From the IMG/VR virus record IMGVR_UViG_3300025704_000016, positions 1 through 64,000 of that record: a stretch of 64,000 nucleotides of DNA; one strand, given 5' to 3'. This DNA is from an uncultured virus (IMG/VR IMGVR_UViG_3300025704_000016) (taxonomy: Duplodnaviria > Heunggongvirae > Uroviricota > Caudoviricetes). The stretch's first letter is position 1; each line of letters begins with the position of its first letter. Below the pieces are notes generated by a model. It did no database searches and was not told where the DNA came from. It saw nothing but the letters and a program-made list of their open reading frames with translations. Made by a program: the position numbers and the translations under genes. Below, piece after piece: positions 9,667-19,476 of this stretch.

Positions 9667-11733
9667 ATGGCACAATCATCAAGATATTTTAGAATAGACG
9701 ACGACGTACTTTTAGAGTTCATCTATCACGATCAATCTAACCCAAACGCGTATGAGATTGACGTAGACGATAATGGCTCTGAGGTTATGTTCTTGGACAC
9801 GGACCAAGGCAATCCATTTGCTCAAAGACACCTGATCTCTGAATTAGGTGGCGACGTTGTCAACTTCGATGTAACTGATGATGGAGCCTACATTGCAGTT
9901 GAAGGATTTGCCGCTAGAACTCTACTATTACAGAACGGTAAGACTTATAAATTTAACGTAAGCGCTCTTGCAGTACCTACAGACTTTGATATTGAAGGTA
10001 CATTAGGTATAAAAAGTTACGATGCAGTAGCTGAAGTTTTAACTTTTGCACCAAACACAGACGGTCAAACTACTTATACTTATCCAAACAGAGTTGGTGG
10101 TAAAATTACAGTTGACCGTAGAGCTAATCCACTCTTCTCAAACCCAGATGAAGATACTGGCAATGACATTAATCAGACTTTAGGTCGCTTTCATGCCGTC
10201 CAACATGAAGACGATAAAACAAAGTATGCTCTGATTGGTTATGACTCAACTGGAGTCTACGATAAGTACAATTACATAAACAACTCAACAGTTTGGCAAG
10301 GATCAAACTCAGGCGAGCTGGTGACCAACCAGGCGGCGAATACTCTTGCTATCAATTATATCAAGTACGATACAATTAGACTACATTTAAGAAGTGGCTA
10401 TTCTTTCGCTGCCCGAGGCTATGTGGGTTTCTTGTTTGAAGTAACTGCCGATAGAACTTCTGGCGTGAAGAACTATCTAACACAGTTAGTCTACTTGAAT
10501 CAGAGTAACTACGAGTACGCTAATCCAAAGCCTTTTATTCTAGGTGAGACTCTCTACTCTAAGTTTATTGAAGTAAAGGTACCAACTCTAGTACAGCAGA
10601 ATCAAGAGTTCTTAGATAGATTCTACGGTGACGGTACTCAATTCTCATCTGACGTTTCACAGACCTCTAACTATGGTATTAATTTTAAACTGATCGATAC
10701 GCTTTCAGCTGAAGCTGGTTTTGATTATATTTATACTGGCGAAGAGAATAAGTTTACAATCTCAAGAGAGGATGAATTCCAAGACTTTACAGTTGTTGTT
10801 GAAGATGCTCTTGATGGAGACTACTTTAAGATCTATGGAGAGAAAGACAATTCTGCTTCTAACTTTGAGGGCTATATCCTGAATAGAATTCAGACTAGCC
10901 AAGATGATATTACAGTCTTCTTTGACATTGAAGTTTTTGAGCAAGTTGGTGTTTCTAATATTAAGACAGCAACTGCCGGTTTTATGCAATATGAAGATTT
11001 TGATACTCCAGTTGTATATCGACCAGTTATTCAAAATGCAAATACAGCGGTTAATTTCTCAATCGACGTAACGATGAGAATTTACAACACAACGGATAAT
11101 ACTCAAATCGTAAAGAGAGCGAGTTTAACAGTACCACAGGCTGCTAAATACGGTAAGACTCTACAGAAGTTAACTATTAGCTCTGCAAACAAGCTAACTG
11201 AGATCTACAACATTCTGCCGAATACAACACCAAATAGGATTATTCAGGATATTCTGACTAATGCTCTACCTAGAAGTACAAAACAGGTTATTGCTCTGGT
11301 TGAAAGACATAACGTTGTAACTTCAACAGCTCCGGTTCAAGCAGTACCGAGCTTATCAGATCCAAATACGTTTGAGATTGAAGATGTCGAGGCAGTTGAC
11401 TACGTGAATAACGGCCAGTCTGTTATAACTATCCCGCCTTTTACAACTTATGTTAAGTTTAAATTTGCTAAGAAGAAAGGCGATGATCTGGAATATATCT
11501 CACTAAATAATATTGAAAACGTTGTCCTAACTGTTGGTAGAGGTGAAAAGGCTCTTAAGTTTAACCACTATCCACATAAAGACATTGAGATGATCGACGG
11601 TGAAGTTCTATTTAAGATTGATGAAGGAAATGCTAAGATCATTAATGGCCGTAACAGAGGTAGATTCTACATATCTCTGGATAACGGTAACGAAGAAACT
11701 ATGTTAACAACAGGAAGATATAGAGCAGGCTAA
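9667..11733 (+). CDS. Putative virion structural protein (baseplate-region hypothetical)
   Basis: 688-aa beta-rich ORF tightly coupled to its structural neighbours. Confidence 0.5.
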   Translation: MAQSSRYFRIDDDVLLEFIYHDQSNPNAYEIDVDDNGSEVMFLDTDQGNPFAQRHLISELGGDVVNFDVTDDGAYIAVEGFAARTLLLQNGKTYKFNVSALAVPTDFDIEGTLGIKSYDAVAEVLTFAPNTDGQTTYTYPNRVGGKITVDRRANPLFSNPDEDTGNDINQTLGRFHAVQHEDDKTKYALIGYDSTGVYDKYNYINNSTVWQGSNSGELVTNQAANTLAINYIKYDTIRLHLRSGYSFAARGYVGFLFEVTADRTSGVKNYLTQLVYLNQSNYEYANPKPFILGETLYSKFIEVKVPTLVQQNQEFLDRFYGDGTQFSSDVSQTSNYGINFKLIDTLSAEAGFDYIYTGEENKFTISREDEFQDFTVVVEDALDGDYFKIYGEKDNSASNFEGYILNRIQTSQDDITVFFDIEVFEQVGVSNIKTATAGFMQYEDFDTPVVYRPVIQNANTAVNFSIDVTMRIYNTTDNTQIVKRASLTVPQAAKYGKTLQKLTISSANKLTEIYNILPNTTPNRIIQDILTNALPRSTKQVIALVERHNVVTSTAPVQAVPSLSDPNTFEIEDVEAVDYVNNGQSVITIPPFTTYVKFKFAKKKGDDLEYISLNNIENVVLTVGRGEKALKFNHYPHKDIEMIDGEVLFKIDEGNAKIINGRNRGRFYISLDNGNEETMLTTGRYRAG

Positions 11734-12284
11734 TGATATTAAACAGTAGAAATAACTTATTTGACTTTCGTTTTCCAAGAAAGTTTGTTCCAGAAGAAGT
11801 TGCTGAAAAGTATAAGCCTTATCTGAATAAAATTCCAGGTGGTCTTTTGGCAGAGCCAGTAGACTTTGTGAACTATTCAATTCAAGGTTTAAACATACCT
11901 GGTGTAAGTTTTGATCCAACAACACAGGCTGATAACGACGGTACAACACGCTATCACAGAGGTGCAATACCAATACAGAATACGGTTAATAGGCAGTTTA
12001 CAGTGACCTTTCAACTGTTGGATGGATATATAAACTACTGGATTATGATGGACACCTTGCTTTATTATTATGCAAGGACGACATCAGAACCATATATAGA
12101 TCCGATGACCTTAAGGATATTGGACTCGGAAGGAAGCAGTGTGGCTTATATGCAATTTGAGCATGTGATTATGAATTCAATTAATGACCTAAGCTTAAGC
12201 ATGGCGGATAACGTTGCTGAATTCAGCACATTTGAAGTAACATTTTACTACAATAAATTAAACCTAAGACTAGAAATAGACTAA
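11733..12284 (+). CDS. T4 gp3/gp19-like tail tube or tail completion protein
   Basis: YSIQGLNIPGVSF...FTVTFQLLDGYINY...FSTFEVTFYY resembles the gp3/tail-tube fold pattern. Confidence 0.55.
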   Translation: MILNSRNNLFDFRFPRKFVPEEVAEKYKPYLNKIPGGLLAEPVDFVNYSIQGLNIPGVSFDPTTQADNDGTTRYHRGAIPIQNTVNRQFTVTFQLLDGYINYWIMMDTLLYYYARTTSEPYIDPMTLRILDSEGSSVAYMQFEHVIMNSINDLSLSMADNVAEFSTFEVTFYYNKLNLRLEID

Positions 12285-12290
12285 CATAAA

Positions 12291-12659
12291 ATGAAGACAT
12301 TTGACAAATACTTAGTTGAAGAACATGTAACAGAAACTGACATGGCACTAATTAAAGAGGGCCTACAAGAAGAATGGACACCAGAACTAGAGGCCCAAGT
12401 AGATGCCGCTATTGATGAATTCATGAAAAAATATTCAGATGCTGAAGGTAATTTGAGTATTGAAGCCCTTAACGAGGAGATTACAAACGAGGGTTTATTA
12501 GGCTCTATTATCGGTGGTTTAACTGGATTTGCATTAGGTAAGTCAGTTGGTAAGATGCTTGCCAAAGTACTTGGTGTTCAGAAGGGTGTATTATATGATC
12601 TATTAACTTCAAGACTAGTAGGTGCTGCTTTAGGCGCTAGTCTTGGTAAAAGATTCTAA
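12291..12659 (+). CDS. Small putative internal virion protein with capsid-targeting-like N-terminus and Gly-rich hydrophobic C-terminus
   Basis: Starts MKTFDKYLVEE; glycine-zipper-like GLLGSIIGGLTGFALG. Confidence 0.5.
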   Translation: MKTFDKYLVEEHVTETDMALIKEGLQEEWTPELEAQVDAAIDEFMKKYSDAEGNLSIEALNEEITNEGLLGSIIGGLTGFALGKSVGKMLAKVLGVQKGVLYDLLTSRLVGAALGASLGKRF

Positions 12660-13313
12660 ATGAACTATATCGCAGTTGACTTCTCCTTAAACTCTCCGGG
12701 TATTTGCTTATATAACGATAAGAGTAAGAAGTATAAATTTATTGGTTACATTAAGCCGAAGACAGGCACAAAGAAAGAACAAGCCTTACAAGAAGAATTA
12801 GGCATGTTGCAAGATGTAACGATGGTGACTCAGCCAGATTTTACAAATGATGAAAACTATTCGGGCTCTGAACTTGCAAAAGTAAAGCGCTACGATCGAA
12901 TGGCTGATGAAATAATTAATCTCATTCTACAAGAGTCCTTTCCAGGCGACTCATTTACTATTGCATTCGAAGGAACTTCATACGGCTCAAAGATGGGCAC
13001 TAACAATATGATCGATATGGCAGCCGGCGCAGCAATCTTAAAACTAAAGATGTTGAAAGTTCTACAGCCGGAAGATTTGCTAACGGTCGCTCCGACGACA
13101 ATTAAGAAATTCGCTGGTAAAGGTAATATGAATAAGTCTCAAGTGTTCGAGGCTTTCGTTGCTAATTCAATAGATGACAAGTCTCTGCTTAAGAGTCCAT
13201 TCTACGCTCGGATTAAAGAGCTAGACTGTGGGAAAAAGGTGCCTAAACCTGTTGATGACCTCGTCGACGCTTTCTTTCTTGCAGCCATGATCTCTGCTCC
13301 AACTCTAACCTAA
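12660..13313 (+). CDS. RuvC-like Holliday junction resolvase
   Basis: IAVDFSLNSPG, AFEG, VAPTTIKKFAGKGN..K and DDLVDAF motifs. Confidence 0.8.
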   Translation: MNYIAVDFSLNSPGICLYNDKSKKYKFIGYIKPKTGTKKEQALQEELGMLQDVTMVTQPDFTNDENYSGSELAKVKRYDRMADEIINLILQESFPGDSFTIAFEGTSYGSKMGTNNMIDMAAGAAILKLKMLKVLQPEDLLTVAPTTIKKFAGKGNMNKSQVFEAFVANSIDDKSLLKSPFYARIKELDCGKKVPKPVDDLVDAFFLAAMISAPTLT

Positions 13314-13403
13314 CCTTATCTCTCCCCGAAAAGACATTTATTATATGCAAGCCCTGGGGATTTGTTCCAAAAAGGTTCAAAAAAACTTCAACTTTTTTCA
13401 GTT

Positions 13404-13430
13404 GAAACAATCTGTTAGCTAGATATATAA
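13404..13430 (+). promoter_or_regulatory. Overlapping GAAAC-N17-TATAA and GATATATA (13422-13429) promoter motifs
   Basis: Both recurrent motifs are present upstream of ORF 13434. Confidence 0.55.
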
Positions 13431-13433
13431 TAC

Positions 13434-13652
13434 ATGCAAGCAGATTATACTATGACGAGTAGATGTTTATGCACGGCAGAATATTTCCAGCTTAATAGCA
13501 TTCTAACAAATATGGTGTTACACGGTTCGATCTCAAACGATGATCGCGAAGAACTACTACACAAAGCGAAGTTGCTAAAGACTGAGGATGGTAAGTGGAA
13601 AGATTCAAACGGAGACATATTAACTCTCAACTCGACTGAAACAATAGTCTAA
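13434..13652 (+). CDS. Hypothetical protein
   Basis: 72-aa ORF downstream of the promoter motifs; start codon uncertain. Confidence 0.5.
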   Translation: MQADYTMTSRCLCTAEYFQLNSILTNMVLHGSISNDDREELLHKAKLLKTEDGKWKDSNGDILTLNSTETIV

Positions 13653-13664
13653 TTGCAACTATAA
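13638..13664 (+). promoter_or_regulatory. GAAAC-N17-TATAA promoter for the ssb/primase operon
   Basis: Exact 17-nt spacer, shared with five other sites. Confidence 0.6.
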
Positions 13665-13717
13665 GGTTTGAAAGTAATTTCAAGGAATTAAACATTTAAA
13701 AAGTAAATTAAAGTAAA

Positions 13718-14641
13718 ATGAGCGACAATTTTGACATTTTCAATTTGGGCGTAGAAGACGTAGAAACGCATCAGCCCGCAGCAAACACTTCAGCAAATGA
13801 AGTCTACAAACCATCAGCCGACGATGGCAAAGATGGAACTTACAAAGCACTAATCCGCTTTGTTCCTAACCCAGAGAATCCACGCAACTCTCTTATTCAA
13901 AAGTACGTACACTGGTTGACTAATTCATCTGGTGAAGGTAAACTGGTAGACTCTCCAAGTTCAATTGGTGAGAAATGCCCGATTGCAGACGTATTCTGGA
14001 AATTGCGTAAAAGTGATTCTGCAGTTGATCGTAAAGCTTCAGAAAAATTGAAGCGTCGTCAACAGTACTACGCGTTGATTAAGATCATTAAAGATCCACA
14101 AAACCCAGACTTAGACGGTACTTACAAAGTCTTTAAGTTCGGTTACAAAATCAAAGAGAAGATTGACGCTGAGTTGAAGCCAGACTTCGGTGAGCCAACA
14201 CAAGTATTTGACCTATTTGAAGGTAAGAACTTTGAGTTGATTATCACTCGTCAAGGTGAATACAACAACTACGACAAATCTAAATTCTCTTCAAGTCAGT
14301 CAGCTATTATCTTAGGCGATGCTCCGGCAGAACGTAACAAAGAGAACATGGCTACTATTAAAGAAGAGCTAGAAGACGCACCTTCGCTTGCTACGTATGA
14401 CTATCAAGCGTGGGACGAAACAACTCGTGCTTTCGTAAACGACGTCCTTAGAATGTATCTAAATCCAGGTGATTCTATCTCTGAAATCTCTAGCCCAGCA
14501 CCAAAGAAAAGTGCAGCTAAGGCAGAGCCTAAGAAAGAAGAACCAGTAGCAGTTGAAGCAGAAGCAGCTAGCGCAAGCAGCTCTTCTAGCGTGAACGCAG
14601 ATGATGATTTAGATTCTTTCTTGAATGACCTCGACATCTAA
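13718..14641 (+). CDS. gp32: Single-stranded DNA-binding protein (T4 gp32-like)
   Basis: ALIRFVP, KVFKFGYKIKEKI, FDLFEGKNF, NYDKSKF motifs and an acidic DDDLDSFLNDL tail. Confidence 0.9.
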   Translation: MSDNFDIFNLGVEDVETHQPAANTSANEVYKPSADDGKDGTYKALIRFVPNPENPRNSLIQKYVHWLTNSSGEGKLVDSPSSIGEKCPIADVFWKLRKSDSAVDRKASEKLKRRQQYYALIKIIKDPQNPDLDGTYKVFKFGYKIKEKIDAELKPDFGEPTQVFDLFEGKNFELIITRQGEYNNYDKSKFSSSQSAIILGDAPAERNKENMATIKEELEDAPSLATYDYQAWDETTRAFVNDVLRMYLNPGDSISEISSPAPKKSAAKAEPKKEEPVAVEAEAASASSSSSVNADDDLDSFLNDLDI

Positions 14642-15695
14642 ACTTACTGATGACTTAAAGGACAGAATAAAAAGTACTCTTAAAGAAATAGCAGTACAAG
14701 AACATTCTGCACCTAATAAGCAAATGCTAAAAGACATGCCAGGACGAATAGTCTTGGCATGTCCTTATTGTGGTGACTCGCATACTGATGACACAAAGAA
14801 ACGTGGCAACTTATATTGGGACACTTTACAGTATCACTGTTATAACTGTGGACATCATACGAATATCCACACAATGGCCAAGGACTTTCAGGTTCGGATG
14901 GGCCAGAGCCAAGACACATTTAACGTTATTGACTATATTCAGAGCAATAAGATGAAGGTGAAGCAGTCAGATGCTTTGCAACACAACATCTTAAAGAAGC
15001 TAAACGATATTGCAATTACAGTTGATGAGTTTAAGAAATTTGCACATGCGGAAGAGGTTCAACCTGGCGACTGGATCTGGTTTAAACTAAAAGAAAGACT
15101 CTTACATAATAGAGCCGAAGAGTTTCTCTACTCACCTAAGACCTATAAGCTCTGGATCCTAAACTTTGGCGCTAACGGTAATATCATTGGCGTACAGAGT
15201 AGAAGAATGAAAGGCTACGGTCAACGTTATTTGACCTACGATATTGGTAAGCTCTATGAAGAGATGAAGAAAGAGCATGGTCTGACTGAAGATGAACTGG
15301 CTCGAGTTAACAAGGCATCTACACTTTTCGGTATAATGCAACTTAATTTCCAAAGAGACGTTACAATGTTTGAAGGTCCTCTTGACGCCAAGTTCATGAG
15401 CAACTCACTTGCACTTGCAACTGCTGGTAGATCGACAGAAGAGTTTGATGAAATGGCAACTGTCAGATATATGTTTGACAACGATAAAACAGGTAAGAAG
15501 AAGATGATTGAGAAGCTTAAGAAGGGCAGACCAGTCTTTATGTGGCAGAAATTCTTACAAGATTTTAAGCTAGATAAATATGATATAAAGGATCTAAATG
15601 ATCTGATGTTGAAATGTTACGAGCTTAAAAACGACGCACATAAGAAGATTAACGATTATTTCACATCAAGTCAATTAGACCTATGGTACATATAG
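14625..15695 (+). CDS. gp61: DNA primase (T4 gp61-like)
   Basis: Zn finger CPYCGDS...HCYNCG and TOPRIM motifs FEGPLDA, FDND, KDLND. Confidence 0.9.
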   Translation: MTSTSKLTDDLKDRIKSTLKEIAVQEHSAPNKQMLKDMPGRIVLACPYCGDSHTDDTKKRGNLYWDTLQYHCYNCGHHTNIHTMAKDFQVRMGQSQDTFNVIDYIQSNKMKVKQSDALQHNILKKLNDIAITVDEFKKFAHAEEVQPGDWIWFKLKERLLHNRAEEFLYSPKTYKLWILNFGANGNIIGVQSRRMKGYGQRYLTYDIGKLYEEMKKEHGLTEDELARVNKASTLFGIMQLNFQRDVTMFEGPLDAKFMSNSLALATAGRSTEEFDEMATVRYMFDNDKTGKKKMIEKLKKGRPVFMWQKFLQDFKLDKYDIKDLNDLMLKCYELKNDAHKKINDYFTSSQLDLWYI

Positions 15696-15898
15696 ATGAA
15701 TTAATGATTGACAACGAATTAGACGATTTTTATAGAGACCGCGACCGATTCAAAGGTCATAAGCTCTTAATTGACTTTGAGCAAATTGAGCTTAAGTTTA
15801 CACCAAAGGATTTTAGTGCCGGCAAGCCAAAGATGAAGAAGAAACAGACGGCTGCCAAGTACATAAAACCTAGTAGAGACAAAGGTTCTCTATTTTAA
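15683..15898 (+). CDS. Hypothetical protein
   Basis: 71-aa ORF filling the gap within the operon. Confidence 0.6.
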   Translation: MVHIDELMIDNELDDFYRDRDRFKGHKLLIDFEQIELKFTPKDFSAGKPKMKKKQTAAKYIKPSRDKGSLF

Positions 15899-15909
15899 AG
15901 ATATATTGA

Positions 15910-16332
15910 ATGAGCAAAGAAAAGATACTAGAGCTTGACAAAAAATTAAGCACCCAACGCACCAACTGGTCTAATAAGATTAAAGAACTTGCCAAAGGCC
16001 TAAAGAACATTAATCAACTAGAAGATGTAATATCGGAAGTGTTATCTACAAGACAGATCTTGATAGACAACATGGCCTATATCAACATGAAGGTAAAAGA
16101 GCAGAAAGCCACAATTGGCTCTAGATACAGAGAGGCATATATAAGATACTACGAATACGACTATAAACTAGGCGAGAAGCAGAAAGAACGCTTTATTGAG
16201 ACTGATCTCAGAGATGAGAACATGATTCTTTCACACCTAGAAAATCAACTTGAATTTTTGAAAGAGTCGGTTAAGACTCTAGATAATATGGGCTTTGCTA
16301 TTAGAAATAGGCTAGCTCTAAAAGATCTATAA
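15910..16332 (+). CDS. uvsY: UvsY-like recombination mediator
   Basis: Helical 140-aa protein ending FLKESVKTLDNMGFAIRNRL, immediately upstream of uvsW as in T4-like phages. Confidence 0.65.
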   Translation: MSKEKILELDKKLSTQRTNWSNKIKELAKGLKNINQLEDVISEVLSTRQILIDNMAYINMKVKEQKATIGSRYREAYIRYYEYDYKLGEKQKERFIETDLRDENMILSHLENQLEFLKESVKTLDNMGFAIRNRLALKDL

Positions 16333-16337
16333 TAAGA

Positions 16338-17852
16338 GTGGAACTTACACTAACGGAAAATAAACAGCTATTACGAATTGACTCGGCTACAGACATGGAG
16401 CTCGAGCAACTCAACATATCCTTAAATAAGAGGATTGAATCATGGCGTTTTAACCCGTTGGTAAAGAAAGGTCTTTGGGATGGCTACATCTCATATATTA
16501 AAGACGATACGTGGATCCCGTCAGGCCTATGGCGTGAAGTTATGTTGATTGCTAAAGATTATAACTATGATCTAAAACTGAACGGCATCACTGAACTATT
16601 TGACCGCAACATTCAACAAGAGGCTTTTGAAGAATGGGCGTTAGACTTTTTTGATGGTCACCCAGACGGTATCTCACCTAGAGACTATCAGATGGACGCA
16701 GCTTTTAACATCCTAAAATTTAGGCGCTGTTTAGCAGAGCTGGCTACATCAGCCGGTAAGACCTTAATCTCATTCTTGACTGTGGCTTATACGTTAGAGA
16801 AGCAGAAGGCCGAGAAGATACTCTTTATTGTACCTAACGTTTCGCTTGTAGTTCAAGCATCTGAAGACTTCTTAGATTATAACTGGCAAAACAGAGTTAG
16901 TATTAAAGTACAGCAGATCTACAGTGGCCAGAAGATTAGAGCTGGGCGTAATGTTGTGATCGGCACATACCAGTCGCTTGTTAAGAAGAAGGCTGAGTAC
17001 TTCGATCAGTTTGATGCAGTTATCATTGACGAGACACATAAAGCTAAGTCACAGTCCATTAAAACCATTCTATCTAAGTGTAAGAATGCAGACTATAGAT
17101 TCGGACTATCAGGTACGATCCCTAAACCAGGTTCATTGGACCGATTAACCTTAATGTCACATACAGGCCCTGTAATTACAGAGGTGACTGCCAATTACCT
17201 ACAGAATGAAGGTCACATTGCTAAATGTAATGTAAAGGTAATTAAGATGGACTATGCTACTGAGTCTACAAAAGAGGCTTTTAGAGAGATGGCATTCAAT
17301 AAATATGAAAGCAAAGATGTCTTTAAATTTGAACAAAATTACGTTATCAATTCGCCAGGTAGGCTCAACTTTATTTGTAACGTTATTTCCAGAATACCAC
17401 GCAATTCCCTTGTACTTTTCCACCGCATTGAACATGGTCAGCGTATTTATGAGAAATTGCGCCAAGAGAGTGACAAACGGGTCTACTATGTCGACGGCGG
17501 TACCGATAAAGATATTCGCGAAGAATACAAGAAGAAGATGGAGGCGGGTGAAGAAGTGGTGATTGTAGCCTCTTATGGTACATTTTCGACCGGTATTTCA
17601 ATTAAAAAGATCCATAACATATTCTTTACAGAGTCGTTTAAGTCTGAAGTTATCATTCGCCAGTCGATTGGTCGAGGGCTTAGACAACACTCTTCAAAAG
17701 ACTCAGTTAACATTATAGATTTTGTAGATGATATTAGTCTGCCGGACTGGGATAACTACCTGATTCGACATGCTAAAGCTAGACAGAAAATCTACAAGGA
17801 ACAGAAGTTCAAGTACGATATTAAAAACGTCACTTTTGAAGGTGATATATAA
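16338..17852 (+). CDS. uvsW: SF2 DNA helicase UvsW
   Basis: PRDYQ, ATSAGKT, DETH, SGT, TFSTGISIK, QSIGRGLR. Confidence 0.93.
   Translation: MELTLTENKQLLRIDSATDMELEQLNISLNKRIESWRFNPLVKKGLWDGYISYIKDDTWIPSGLWREVMLIAKDYNYDLKLNGITELFDRNIQQEAFEEWALDFFDGHPDGISPRDYQMDAAFNILKFRRCLAELATSAGKTLISFLTVAYTLEKQKAEKILFIVPNVSLVVQASEDFLDYNWQNRVSIKVQQIYSGQKIRAGRNVVIGTYQSLVKKKAEYFDQFDAVIIDETHKAKSQSIKTILSKCKNADYRFGLSGTIPKPGSLDRLTLMSHTGPVITEVTANYLQNEGHIAKCNVKVIKMDYATESTKEAFREMAFNKYESKDVFKFEQNYVINSPGRLNFICNVISRIPRNSLVLFHRIEHGQRIYEKLRQESDKRVYYVDGGTDKDIREEYKKKMEAGEEVVIVASYGTFSTGISIKKIHNIFFTESFKSEVIIRQSIGRGLRQHSSKDSVNIIDFVDDISLPDWDNYLIRHAKARQKIYKEQKFKYDIKNVTFEGDI
17844..17851 (+). promoter_or_regulatory. Putative late promoter GATATATA
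   Basis: Upstream of the cluster of genes with capsid-targeting-like motifs. Confidence 0.65.
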
Positions 17853-17889
17853 TACTGTAATAACAAATTTAAAAACAAAGAAACATATA

Positions 17890-19455
17890 ATGGAACGATT
17901 AGTAACATTTGAACAATTTGCTGAGCAAAAGGCAAAAAAAGATCAGGTTCAACTTGAGGAAGAGTTGAATGCAAAAAGGGAAGCTTCAGCAAATAGCTTT
18001 AAGGACTTATTATCTGAATTCGGTGTAACTTCAATGAGTGAATTATCTGAAGAAGATAAGCCTAAATTTAACGAGAGATTAGGTACTTTAACAGAATCTG
18101 CACTATTGCTAGAAGGCACAAGATCTCAAGTAGGGAAGATCGATAAGAAAGGTAGGATTACATCGGTCTATGTACACTATGATGGTTATCCAGACCACAT
18201 GGTACCAATGATTAAGAACTACGACAAGAAAGGTGTTGACCAACTAGTTAAACTAGGTAAGTCTGGTATCTCATATTTAGACAAGAATATCGGTAAAAAG
18301 CAAGACTTTAATAGTCCAGTAAGGGGAACCACTCTATTCTACGGTAGAGATCGCGGAGAGAACAAAGATATGACTACTACATGGACCAACGCAGCTGACA
18401 TTAAAGGTTACTTTAAAGAAGTTGCTAACGACGGTGGAGCTGAATACGTTTATCTATATGATGAACGAGATGGAAAGTGGTACATGGGAGATACTTATGG
18501 TAGCCCTGTATTACAAGTAGTTGAATCAGTAAACGAGGCTGTTATTGCAATCAGTGGTAAGAGAACAGCCAAGAAAGTAGCTTTAAGACTAACCAGATTA
18601 TTTGATACCAAGTTAACAGCTCTTGCTGCGGATAAAGTAACAATGCTAGGCTTCTTGAAAGAGTTATATTTCTATGCAATGGAAGACGCTAACTTTTCAC
18701 GCGAGGCCAATGTGACAATGAACATGATTAAGGGTAAGATTAGCCCGCTAGAAGTTAAAGTAGAAGGCTTGGATGGTGAAGTTATTAGAATTTCAGCTAA
18801 GACGATAAAAACTATAGCAGACAAATACTACTCAGATCTTGCAAATGCAGGTGATTGGTCAGGTATTGGTATTACTGAAGGTTTTGCAATGTACTTAGAT
18901 CAAATCGGAGAGTCTAACATGGCACAAGCACTTCTTGACTCTTTTAATGCACAGTTTGAAGGTGAAGAGAAAAGAGTTTCTAGAACTGAAAAGCTTTATG
19001 AATTATCACAGAGATTAGAATCTACCAATGAGGCTAAAGAATCAGTAAACGAAGCTAAATACGATAAGAAGAAGCTTTTAAAGTTAATCAAGAATCATGA
19101 TGATGCTGAAATCCTAGTTAATGGAAAATGGTACATCATCTATAATCCAGATAACGGTAATGACGAAAACACAGATATGTGGAATGACGATTCAGTATTT
19201 GCATTAGATCAAGATGGTGAAGAGTTTGAAATCAATTACAAAGATATTGAGCATTTTAAAGAGTCTGTTGAAGTAAACGAGACTGAAATTAAATCTGATG
19301 ATGAATTCAAAGAATATGCATTCACAATACTTCAAAAAGCATTCGGAGCAGACTTTGATGAAGCAAAAGCGCAAGAAGTTGTTGATGGTATCTTAGGTAA
19401 AGTTGATGGCGATTATGGTAAGGCTGCAGGTATTTTGCAAAGCTCACTTGGCTAA
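17890..19455 (+). CDS. Modular putative internal head protein (true start likely MERLVTFEQF at 17890)
   Basis: The ORF-track start overlaps uvsW, whereas ATG 17890 follows the late promoter and an A-rich leader. Contains a TRS..G...SVYVHYDGYP phage domain and repeated ESVNEA linkers. Confidence 0.6.
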   Translation: MERLVTFEQFAEQKAKKDQVQLEEELNAKREASANSFKDLLSEFGVTSMSELSEEDKPKFNERLGTLTESALLLEGTRSQVGKIDKKGRITSVYVHYDGYPDHMVPMIKNYDKKGVDQLVKLGKSGISYLDKNIGKKQDFNSPVRGTTLFYGRDRGENKDMTTTWTNAADIKGYFKEVANDGGAEYVYLYDERDGKWYMGDTYGSPVLQVVESVNEAVIAISGKRTAKKVALRLTRLFDTKLTALAADKVTMLGFLKELYFYAMEDANFSREANVTMNMIKGKISPLEVKVEGLDGEVIRISAKTIKTIADKYYSDLANAGDWSGIGITEGFAMYLDQIGESNMAQALLDSFNAQFEGEEKRVSRTEKLYELSQRLESTNEAKESVNEAKYDKKKLLKLIKNHDDAEILVNGKWYIIYNPDNGNDENTDMWNDDSVFALDQDGEEFEINYKDIEHFKESVEVNETEIKSDDEFKEYAFTILQKAFGADFDEAKAQEVVDGILGKVDGDYGKAAGILQSSLG

Positions 19456-19476
19456 TCAATAAAAAGAACTACAACA

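Noticed and set aside
17770..17889. Extended N-termini from the ORF track (also 35754, 47871, 53526, 58522)
   Set aside because: They overlap upstream genes, promoters or terminators; downstream ATGs with A-rich leaders fit better.
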